DNA from: Bdellovibrionia bacterium
Lineage (GTDB): Bacteria; Bdellovibrionota; Bdellovibrionia; Bdellovibrionales; JAGQZY01
Assembly: GCA_030424665.1 (NCBI GenBank)
Contig: JAUHWN010000001.1
Location: forward strand, 55,223 to 119,222
Length of the DNA: 64,000 bases
Direction of reading: 5' to 3'
The notes under the pieces are model-generated. The model searched no databases and had not been told where the DNA came from. It saw only the letters and a program-made list of their open reading frames with translations. Made by a program: the position numbers and the translations under genes. Below are positions 37,420 to 45,032 of this stretch, piece after piece (within the stretch, counting starts at the first letter, position 1; each line of letters starts with the position of its first letter).

Positions 37420-37960
37420 GACTCAACTCGATCTTCTTGCTTTTTAAATTGAAATTAAAGCAACTGAAGTTGTTATATATATTATCTGTTTGGATACATA
37501 TTTGCGTGGTTTTATACTCTTTTGATTTCTTGAAGCTTCCGACTGCATAGCCATCAAATATATTGCCGCCCTTGCGCCCTGGAGTATCGCAGAGCAGTTC
37601 GAAATCTTTGAGATTTTTAGCCTGATCATCCCAGAAAATCGCCAGAGTCGATGGCATTTCTGAACCTTCTCGATATTCTTTAAGCTCAGTCGTTTGAGCC
37701 GTTTTTCCAGAGCCAGAGTATACATATGCCGACAGACCATCCTTGGGATTTTCTTTGCTCAAATCGAGGATGACAAGACCAACTGCCTTCACTTTCTTAC
37801 TTGAAATCTCACATTTAACAGTTTTCAGAATTCGGAGCTTTGGAACAATCTTCTCTATAGCTTTTGTCGCCGCAAGGACTTCTTTATCTGACGGTGCCGA
37901 TCGTGCCATAAGGGTTGAGCTAAAAAACAAAATGCCAGCAATTAAAAAAACAGTCTTCAA
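37397..37960 (-). CDS. secreted hypothetical protein
   Basis: 187 aa. Signal peptide MKTVFLIAGILFFSSTLMARS. Confidence 0.5.
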   Translation of the reverse strand: MKTVFLIAGILFFSSTLMARSAPSDKEVLAATKAIEKIVPKLRILKTVKCEISSKKVKAVGLVILDLSKENPKDGLSAYVYSGSGKTAQTTELKEYREGSEMPSTLAIFWDDQAKNLKDFELLCDTPGRKGGNIFDGYAVGSFKKSKEYKTTQICIQTDNIYNNFSCFNFNLKSKKIELSHVQEFAD

Positions 37961-38035
37961 TAGATCCCCCTGATATCGATTTGTTCAATTCTATGGGGAA
38001 TTTTATTAATAGAATACGTGACTTATGACTAGAAG

Positions 38036-38899
38036 CTACCAAGCGTGGGAGCGCATCGTAATACTGCAATGACCAGAATCTTGATCCCAAGCATAGGTCG
38101 AACAAGAAACAAAGTGAAACTGATTCATCAAGGGTGTTCGACTTAGACCTCTTTGCACCAAGTAATCTGCGGTTGGTCCAGTAATATCTATTTGTGAATG
38201 GAAGAGTAAGTATTTTGGAAACCACTCGACCGGACCCGCCTTATCCACTTTCGCCTCGAGGTCGCAAAAGTAGGTAAAGACCTCTTTGTCAGAAGTTGGA
38301 TTGTTTATTTTATTTCTGGTGCAAGAAAAAGGACTTTCAGGCTCTTGGATATTTGCCAACTCCTCAGCCGCTAAACCGCTAATGCGAAGTTTATAGAGTT
38401 TGTACTCGGGCTCAAGAGCGCGCATCACATTCAAACGCGGAAGTTTTCGACACTCGGAATTTTCGTTGTAATCGCTGTGTCCGTAGATACCGCGAAACTC
38501 ATGGCAAATGGTAATGACTTTATAATAGGTATCCATTCTCAGCCAACAGCTTCGGGCAATCTCGATTGCTCTGTTGACTCGATCAAACTTTGCACACTTT
38601 TGCACTCCATCAACCGTAACTTGGTCTTTCGAGGTGATCTGAGTTTTTTCAGCGATTATATCTTCGGCGAGTTCATTGGCATCGAGCCCGCTCACTGGAA
38701 ACTGGCGGAGGAGTCTTGAGAACTGCAGTGCTTTATTTTGAAAATCCATAACATAGGGATCTCCACCGCCACTATCCATTCCTCCGCGAGAGGGAAGAGG
38801 GAGAATTTCAACATCACTAGGTTGAAGCTCTTGAGCTTTGGCGGAAACCACCAATGAAACTGTCGCGACTAGAGCTAAAAGATTCAGTAAAAATTTCAT
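38036..38899 (-). CDS. secreted hypothetical protein with C-terminal WFP...LVQRGL...VSCS.YAW...GHC domain
   Basis: Start set at ATG 38899 (MKFLLNLLALVATVSLVVSAKA, GGGGAGAG RBS). C-terminal ~70 aa are paralogous to the C-terminus of 38956..39423. Confidence 0.5.
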   Translation of the reverse strand: MKFLLNLLALVATVSLVVSAKAQELQPSDVEILPLPSRGGMDSGGGDPYVMDFQNKALQFSRLLRQFPVSGLDANELAEDIIAEKTQITSKDQVTVDGVQKCAKFDRVNRAIEIARSCWLRMDTYYKVITICHEFRGIYGHSDYNENSECRKLPRLNVMRALEPEYKLYKLRISGLAAEELANIQEPESPFSCTRNKINNPTSDKEVFTYFCDLEAKVDKAGPVEWFPKYLLFHSQIDITGPTADYLVQRGLSRTPLMNQFHFVSCSTYAWDQDSGHCSITMRSHAW

Positions 38900-38955
38900 A
38901 CTCTCCCCAATCCATGCACTTCGTTTAGATATATTAAATAAATTCATCCCGCAAA

Positions 38956-39423
38956 CTAATCTTCTTGGGTGTGAATATCATCCACCATTTCTATAATGGC
39001 TGTACAGTGACCCGTCCCAGGCGCCCATGCATATTGAGAGCAAGAGACATGAGTTCCAGCTTCTCGAAGAATGTGAAGTCCCCTTTGGACCAACTCATTG
39101 GCAGAAGGACCGTCAAATTCCACCTGAATTTTTCCGACATGCTCTCGAGGAAACCAATAAATGGGCTGAACATCGAAAACGACCCCTTTGAGTTGGCAAT
39201 AGGGAGCATTCAACATTTGATTCGTGTCGGGATTGCGAAACCTGTGGTCGACGCATGCAATTGTATTTAAAGTCCCGAGAGCCATAATTTGCTGGGCCGC
39301 TTTTCCGGCTAATTTAAACGTGTGAACTCTTGATTGATCCGAATCCGTTTGGCCCGCTTGAGCTACAGATCCAGTGATGAATCCGACTGACAACACAATT
39401 GAAGCGAGTATTTTATTAATCAT
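38956..39423 (-). CDS. secreted hypothetical protein with the same C-terminal domain
   Basis: 155 aa. Signal peptide MINKILASIVLSVGFITGSVAQA. Contains YCQL...WFP...GPSANELVQRGL...HVSCSQYAW..GTGHC. Confidence 0.5.
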   Translation of the reverse strand: MINKILASIVLSVGFITGSVAQAGQTDSDQSRVHTFKLAGKAAQQIMALGTLNTIACVDHRFRNPDTNQMLNAPYCQLKGVVFDVQPIYWFPREHVGKIQVEFDGPSANELVQRGLHILREAGTHVSCSQYAWAPGTGHCTAIIEMVDDIHTQED

Positions 39424-39498
39424 TCTTCCTCCTCATTGAGAGCCAATTTACTGGCCCCTGGTTTTAAGCGACCCTGATTAGAGATCACCCCTGTTGTT

Positions 39499-39579
39499 TT
39501 TACTTATTAGTAAATACTTATTGCCCTTAATAGGCTTTTTTGCTGAAAAACAGGGGGCATTTATTTACTAATTAGTAAA
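39499..39579. promoter_or_regulatory. pair of 16-bp palindromic operator-like sites
   Basis: TTTACTAATTAGTAAA (39564-39579, perfect palindrome) and TTTACTTATTAGTAAA (39499-39514, 15/16), 65 bp apart. They lie in the divergent intergenic region between the secreted-protein genes and the HTH gene. Confidence 0.45.
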
Positions 39580-39636
39580 TATTTACGAGTAATCGAGTTG
39601 GCCAAAGAAGCCACCATCACCTAACAGGAGCAAAAC

Positions 39637-40440
39637 GTGAATCTCTTCGAGTACTCAGATTACAAAGAATTTGTTCTCGATTTGGTGTCTAAAACAAAGC
39701 TTCTGGGGCGCGGGCCCTACGCACGACTAGCTGAACATCTAAATGTGAACAGTACATTTATTAGTCAGGTCTTTAAGGGGGATAAACACCTGTCGATTGA
39801 TCATGCCCTTCAGATTGCAAAGCTCTTAAAATTTAATAATCTGCAAACTGAGTACTTTATGAACTTGGTGCAAAAAGATCGAAGTGCGTCCTATGAAACC
39901 AAAGATTTTTTTGCGAGCCGATTAAAGAGCCTACAGAAAGAAGCCAAAAAGTTATCAAACTATGTTTCAGATCACCAGGTTCTCGATAGCATTGACCAGG
40001 CTATTTTTTATTCGGACCCCATTTACTCCCAAGTACGACTCTTGACCGGAATAAAAAAATATCGAAGTGCCAAAGCCATTTCTGAGCATCTGCAAAAACC
40101 ACTTGCAGAAATAAATGATGTTCTGGATTTTTTAGTGTCGGCTGGCCTTTGTGTGAAAAAGCAAAACCAATTTGAAATGGGTGCGAAGAGCACCCACGTA
40201 AGTAAGGATTCGCCATTTTTCAGACAGCACCATTCAAACTGGCATATTAAGGCCATCGAAAACTTTAGTACCTCTGACGAAAGACACCTTCACTTCACAG
40301 CCCCCTTAAGTATTGCCAAAAAAGATATCCCAGAGGTTTTGGATTCATTGAAGGTCGCAATTCAAAATGTCAGTGCCACGGTGAAGGACTCAAATGAGGA
40401 GGAGGTTCACTGCCTCCTCATCGATTTTTTTGAGGCCTAA
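39637..40440 (+). CDS. TIGR02147-family (DUF4423) HTH protein
   Basis: 267 aa, GTG start. N-terminal YKEF..D........G.YARLAEHLNVNSTFISQVFKG.KHLS...A..IAKLL, typical of the Fibrobacter/Bdellovibrio paralogous family. Confidence 0.7.
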   Translation: MNLFEYSDYKEFVLDLVSKTKLLGRGPYARLAEHLNVNSTFISQVFKGDKHLSIDHALQIAKLLKFNNLQTEYFMNLVQKDRSASYETKDFFASRLKSLQKEAKKLSNYVSDHQVLDSIDQAIFYSDPIYSQVRLLTGIKKYRSAKAISEHLQKPLAEINDVLDFLVSAGLCVKKQNQFEMGAKSTHVSKDSPFFRQHHSNWHIKAIENFSTSDERHLHFTAPLSIAKKDIPEVLDSLKVAIQNVSATVKDSNEEEVHCLLIDFFEA

Positions 40441-40519
40441 ACCATAACCCCCAATTGATTTGCTATACCACAAGATATTGGAATTACTGGAACAAGTTCT
40501 AAACTCCAGAACCTCTCTA

Positions 40520-40548
40520 TTGACAAGGCTTGGCATTAGGGACATACT
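40520..40548 (+). promoter_or_regulatory. candidate sigma-70 promoter of ssrA
   Basis: TTGACA (40520-40525) - 17 nt - CATACT (40543-40548), ~70 nt upstream of the mature 5' end (a precursor leader would be removed by RNase P). Confidence 0.4.
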
Positions 40549-40620
40549 CATCCCTTCCTATGTTGATCAGAATTTTGATCGGCAACTCCCAATCAGTGGT
40601 ACGTAGGTGAAGAATCAATT

Positions 40621-40973
40621 GGGGGCGTAATGGTTTCGACGTGGGTGTTGAAGTCTGAGGAGCATGCCGGGGCGCTCGAGGTCCTCGTCAAAAACGAGCA
40701 ATCTTTTTAGTTGGCGAAGCTAACTATGCTATGGCTGCCTAATTAGGCTGCCCACTGAACCTTCCGGCGACCGCGCGGTTGGGAATGTGTCACTTTAGTG
40801 GTCTCGATCAAAACTTGGTGTCTCAGGGGGTTTTGATTTAAATAAACCTAGGACAAATCTTTTGGAAGTTTGTCTGTGGAAGTTCGAAAGATTATCAAAC
40901 ATAGACTAAGCATGTAGCCCGCCTTTGCATGGATCGTTCGCGGACGGGGGTTCGATTCCCCCCGCCTCCACCA
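40621..40973 (+). ncRNA. ssrA: tmRNA (transfer-messenger RNA)
   Basis: 5' GGGGGCGTAATGGTTTCGACG. 3' T-arm GGGGGTTCGATTCCCCCC plus acceptor CGCCTCC-A-CCA pairing with the 5' end (G-U at position 3). Internal tag reading frame ends ...GEANYAMAA-TAA (stop 40740-40742). Resume codon not determined. Confidence 0.95.
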
Positions 40974-40983
40974 GAATCATTCA

Positions 40984-41017
40984 GATATCCGATATCGGAT
41001 ATCTGATATCGGATATC
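40984..41017. repeat. five GATATC hexamers at 7-bp period (nested palindromes)
   Basis: GATATC-C-GATATC-G-GATATC-T-GATATC-G-GATATC, including a perfect 20-bp palindrome at 40984-41003. Sits between the tmRNA 3' end and the stop codon of the convergent gene. Confidence 0.85.
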
Positions 41018-41351
41018 AGTTGTGAGCTTTTCGCCAGTTTGGCGAATCTTTAATTTTTGAATTAACGAGTTTGTAAAGGCTTGCGCCAAGCGCATCGGCC
41101 TTATCATTTACTTTTTGGTTTTCAATACCAACAAGTTCAAAGATGGTCTGACACTCTCTTAGTGACCCGTAAGCCGTTGTAAAGAAACTACGTTTCTCTT
41201 TTGCCGAACCTTTGGCATTACCCTCCGAAAGGTTTAATGCAATCGACGTTGCAGCCCGGTGAAGCTGATCCCTCAAATGACCTGTTATTTTGAGCTGACA
41301 AGCCATTTTGCTAAATTCGATTGCTAACTCTAATGTTCTAAACTTTTTCAT
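41016..41351 (-). CDS. four-helix-bundle protein (23S rRNA intervening-sequence protein / Avd-like family, TIGR02436-like)
   Basis: 111 aa. Hallmark blocks L..QL.RAATSIALNLSEG and Y.SL.E. in ...FFTTAYGSLRECQT. Confidence 0.8.
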   Translation of the reverse strand: MKKFRTLELAIEFSKMACQLKITGHLRDQLHRAATSIALNLSEGNAKGSAKEKRSFFTTAYGSLRECQTIFELVGIENQKVNDKADALGASLYKLVNSKIKDSPNWRKAHN

Positions 41352-41357
41352 ACGATC

Positions 41358-41417
41358 AATCCTTTGTTTGAATGCTTGGTCGTTACAAAATCAAGACCCA
41401 GCTTCAAACAAAGGATT
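41358..41417. repeat. 15-bp perfect inverted repeat
   Basis: AATCCTTTGTTTGAA (41358-41372) / TTCAAACAAAGGATT (41403-41417), 30-nt spacer. Starts 7 nt upstream of the four-helix-bundle start codon. Confidence 0.8.
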
Positions 41418-41446
41418 TTGACAATTATTTTCAAACTCACTAGATT
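41418..41446 (+). promoter_or_regulatory. candidate promoter facing the GC-rich spacer
   Basis: TTGACA (41418-41423) - 17 nt - TAGATT (41441-41446). Confidence 0.3.
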
Positions 41447-41524
41447 TGAAGTGAAGCGGCAGCTTCGACGGGGTTCGCGAGGGCGTGAGCCTCGAACGCA
41501 GTTTCGGGGCGAGGCTCGCCCAAG

Positions 41525-41539
41525 TTCCCGCCTCCACCA
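41525..41539 (+). repeat. direct repeat of the tmRNA 3' end (att-like)
   Basis: TTCCCGCCTCCACCA matches the last residues of ssrA (TTCC[CCC]CGCCTCCACCA, 40958-40973 region). Confidence 0.6.
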
Positions 41540-41631
41540 AATTACGAACCAAGAATGGTTCCTAAATATTTATAAAAATTAGACTTTGCACTTGGATGGT
41601 GAATTCTTTTGGTTCAGGGGTTTAGAGTGAC

Positions 41632-41659
41632 TTGACAGAGCATCTTCGAAACACATACT
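41632..41659 (+). promoter_or_regulatory. candidate promoter of the KAP NTPase gene
   Basis: TTGACA (41632-41637) - 16 nt - CATACT (41654-41659). Same hexamers as the ssrA promoter candidate. ATGATG at 41664-41669. Confidence 0.35.
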
Positions 41660-41791
41660 AGCCATGATGAGGGGGCCCAAATCTTAAATTTAGACTCAGA
41701 TCCTATAAGTTCATCAAGATACGATCTTTTAAATCGACATAGCATAGTTGAGTACATTTATAGACTAATTGAAGACTCCAAAGGCAAGCCA

Positions 41792-43774
41792 TTGCGTATA
41801 GGCTTGTTTGGCCCCTGGGGTAGTGGTAAATCCTCTATTTTATCAATCTTAGAAAATGAAGAGCTGTCAGATACAAATTACAAGATTGTTCGATTTAATC
41901 CTTGGATTTATTCAAGTGAAGATGACCTTATCAATGGCTTTAATACAGAGGTCTTTTTCAACTTTAAAGTTTCTTCTAAAAAAATAAACACCGATTGGAT
42001 TAAAAAAGGTGCTGATGCAGTAGGTAGCCTATTAGACAAAGCAAATATAAATATTGAAAAGCTGGGAACATTTGGCATTGCCGCAAGTCAAGTTGGCAAC
42101 TTTCTTAAAAGTGTCCTAATTAACAAAGACACGATTGGACAAATCATTGAAGCTTGTGACAGGAGAGTGATTTTTATAATAGAAGATATTGATCGATGCA
42201 ATATCAATATAATAAAGCCGTTTCTTTTATATTTGCGAGAAGTGCTAAATCAAAAAGATGTCGTAACAATCTTCGTTTCAGATCTATCTGCACTAAATAA
42301 AGGCTTCGATGAATCAAGTAATTTGCAAGGATTCTTCGAAAAGATTTATGACTACCCAATATTTATAGAGGACATGAAGACGGGTGAGGCATCTGAATTT
42401 ATTTTGAAAAGTGAGGAGTGTCCATACCCTCCAAAAATTTTGGATAAATATGCTTATCTGTTACCGAATAACCCTCGCTCACTCAAGAAGGTATGCAGAA
42501 GTTTTTCTCTTTTAAAGAAAGAGATCGATAGGCAGCACCCGGCCGACATTTCGCTTAAGGAGCTTTTTATTACCCAGACTCTGATGCTCAAATACCCAAC
42601 TCTCTCGAGACTTTTTCTTAATGAGGAGGATCTTTATCTACATGCAGTTCGAAACCAATATTTACGTTCAAGAGATAACCGTACTGAAGAAGAAAAGCGT
42701 GAACAATTAGAAAAGTCATTAACCGATCTTTTAGATAAACATGCTTCAAACATTGCAACGGATGAAGAGAAAAAATCTTTCGTGAAGGACATGATGGCTC
42801 TTTACATAAGCGATCTATTTTATTTAGGAGAAAGAACTTTTTTCTATGCCCGAATTGTTTCGGAGCCGGTCCCTGTAACTAGAAAAGAAATCGAATCATT
42901 TCTAAGCAAGAATCTGTCTGACATCAGTGTTGAGGATATCATAAGTTACCAGGGGGTAAAATCGCTCAGCGATTTAGAAACCTTAGAATCATTATTAAAC
43001 TTTCGATCCCAGTTCCTCGAGCAGTATTATAAAACGTTCTTTAAATCCTGCCTGGGAGATTGTCTAAAGTCTATACTTAAAGTAACCGAGCTTATTCATT
43101 CATTTTTGATAAACGACAGAAGATATACCAATGAATTATTTGGTCATGCTGTGGGCAATTTCAGACAATGGGGCTCAGTTATACGATGTGATAGTCCAAA
43201 TAACAGCGACGACTTGGACGCGATCATTTCCTTGGAAGACAGAATCATATCTGATGCTGTGGAAACCACTAACGATAAATATGGCTTAAAAAAAGTTGCT
43301 GACAGCGTGCTAGAGAATCAACGGCTTTTTGGCGACGGAAACCCATTGTTCGAGATTCTGAAAACCTCCATTGTTGAGGCTATTAGTGACGATGTGGGTG
43401 CCTCTTTTGTTGAAACGCTTGTTGAGAGCCCTGAGCTGATTGGCGATCAGGATTTTTGTAGCAATTATAGGGATGAAATTACCAAAGAAAATCTTAAGTT
43501 AATATTTGATGGCCTCAAGGCTATAGCTGATCCTCAAGTTCAATCCGAAAAGATTTATATTTTTTTCGAAAAATGGTTAAGAGATAAAAGTACTTTTTTC
43601 CACTTCATTCATAATTGGCATGAGGTTAAAGAAGAGCTACGTGAAGATATTTTCGATCTTTGGTCAAAAATTGATTCTGAACATTTAACTCGGTGGGGAG
43701 ATTCACTTAGGGCTTATATGGAGAAAAACCTTGGCAGCCACTTGCCAGAAGAAACAGCGGACCCAAATCAGTAG
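41792..43774 (+). CDS. KAP-family P-loop NTPase (5' end probably disrupted or mis-called; see findings)
   Basis: 660-aa track ORF. Walker A GLFGPWGSGKSS, Walker B VIFIIEDIDRC, long helical C-terminal region. In-frame KAP-like N-terminal sequence continues upstream to 41636 without a start codon. Confidence 0.8.
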   Translation: MRIGLFGPWGSGKSSILSILENEELSDTNYKIVRFNPWIYSSEDDLINGFNTEVFFNFKVSSKKINTDWIKKGADAVGSLLDKANINIEKLGTFGIAASQVGNFLKSVLINKDTIGQIIEACDRRVIFIIEDIDRCNINIIKPFLLYLREVLNQKDVVTIFVSDLSALNKGFDESSNLQGFFEKIYDYPIFIEDMKTGEASEFILKSEECPYPPKILDKYAYLLPNNPRSLKKVCRSFSLLKKEIDRQHPADISLKELFITQTLMLKYPTLSRLFLNEEDLYLHAVRNQYLRSRDNRTEEEKREQLEKSLTDLLDKHASNIATDEEKKSFVKDMMALYISDLFYLGERTFFYARIVSEPVPVTRKEIESFLSKNLSDISVEDIISYQGVKSLSDLETLESLLNFRSQFLEQYYKTFFKSCLGDCLKSILKVTELIHSFLINDRRYTNELFGHAVGNFRQWGSVIRCDSPNNSDDLDAIISLEDRIISDAVETTNDKYGLKKVADSVLENQRLFGDGNPLFEILKTSIVEAISDDVGASFVETLVESPELIGDQDFCSNYRDEITKENLKLIFDGLKAIADPQVQSEKIYIFFEKWLRDKSTFFHFIHNWHEVKEELREDIFDLWSKIDSEHLTRWGDSLRAYMEKNLGSHLPEETADPNQ

Positions 43775-43779
43775 AAATC

Positions 43780-43803
43780 GTACATACTAAAATGAGTATG
43801 TAC
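43780..43803 (+). terminator. hairpin downstream of the KAP gene (weak terminator candidate)
   Basis: GTACATACT-AAAATG-AGTATGTAC, followed by ATTTA. AT-rich stem and no clean T-run. Confidence 0.3.
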
Positions 43804-44134
43804 ATTTACAAGTACATGTACCATTACCTCAGGACGACTTTTTAAGAAATAAAATCAATTTTCTGTTTTTTCTTTCTCACTTCTCTTACGGACTGCTAAT
43901 AAATATGTGTATATCTTAAGGTGGTCTCTTGAGGTGCTTGACCCAGCCAGTATCTTGCTAATACAAAATCTCTAGTCTAACCAACAAGCTCAGTGCATCT
44001 CGTGCGTCTACAGCAGTGATATCCTTTCGATCCATTTTGTAGTACATACTTTTAGACCCGTCTAGGGGGTGCATTCCACTTGTGGGGTCACGCCACAAAG
44101 TGATTGTCAGGCTCTAATTTTAGGTATGGTTTTT

Positions 44135-44944
44135 CTAAAACCTTCGCCTTCTTCTAGATAACCTGGGGCGTGGGACAACTCTGTAACCTAGAGTATCTTG
44201 AACCGATGGCTTGTTGAGTGGTGGCAACTTAACTTTTCTAGCATTTCCCTTTTTCTTTTGAAGTACTCCACTAATGATTTGAAATGTATGATTCAGCAAT
44301 TTAGTGTATCCACAGTTTTGATCTTCACTTATATGTAAATTAATGAAGTCATTCTTTTTTACTTTGGCGAAATATGCTAAATTTTCATTTTCGATTGGAA
44401 GCATCAACCAACACACCTCATTCCCTTCGATGTCAAAAAGCACCGGCTTGATACCTTCACCCCAATCGCTGAGGAGATAATTGCCTTTCTTTTCGACAAT
44501 CACAGTATATGGATGGCCTGGCAAGGCCAGCCCTCCATTTGCCATTTCAAAAAACCGTTTAGTCTCTTGCTGTCGATAGAGGTGAACAACCCATGTTATT
44601 TTCCCGTAAACTTTGTTTCTAGAAGCTCGTTCTTCTGAGCTTATGGGTGAATGTTGAAACTCAAGGACCCAACTATTCTTTGTTTTTACGTCAGCAAAGT
44701 GCCTTTCCCCATTAATATCAGAATGAAAGACTTCCTGCCATTCAACTGGAAAATGATTCTTCCACCCACGATGCCAATCTGTTTCTTCCTTATTCAGAGG
44801 GCAATTGCACTCAACTTTATGGGCCCAGTGCCAAACTCTTTTCTTTCCACATCTTGCTAATACAGGTTGATCGCAACCTGGGCAGACTCCCTTTAATCCT
44901 GGCTCTGCTCCGCGTCGAGCGCCTTCCACAAGTGCAGTCTTCAT
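44135..44944 (-). CDS. CoiA-like (competence protein CoiA family) putative nuclease
   Basis: Start set at ATG 44944 (AGGAGG RBS). N-terminal zinc-ribbon-like CPGC...HWAH, then ETDWHRGWKNHF, then ERHFADVKTKNSWVLEFQHSPIS (D...E.Q PD-(D/E)xK-like core). Arg-rich C-terminal tail. Confidence 0.5.
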   Translation of the reverse strand: MKTALVEGARRGAEPGLKGVCPGCDQPVLARCGKKRVWHWAHKVECNCPLNKEETDWHRGWKNHFPVEWQEVFHSDINGERHFADVKTKNSWVLEFQHSPISSEERASRNKVYGKITWVVHLYRQQETKRFFEMANGGLALPGHPYTVIVEKKGNYLLSDWGEGIKPVLFDIEGNEVCWLMLPIENENLAYFAKVKKNDFINLHISEDQNCGYTKLLNHTFQIISGVLQKKKGNARKVKLPPLNKPSVQDTLGYRVVPRPRLSRRRRRF

Positions 44945-45032
44945 AAAATTCCTCCTGACAGTTGATGGTTCCCAATCCATCTGTTACATGTTTTTATCGT
45001 AAAAGGCGTTACGCTTTCAAGAGGGCCAAAGT

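Noticed and set aside
40895-41107. 70-aa minus-strand ORF
   Set aside because: It overlaps the tmRNA T-arm/acceptor and the GATATC array. It is an artefact of translating structured RNA sequence.
41364-41582. 72-aa Arg-rich plus-strand ORF
   Set aside because: It has no RBS and its composition is driven by the GC-rich att-like spacer. It spans the inverted repeat and the tmRNA 3'-end copy. Treated as non-coding.
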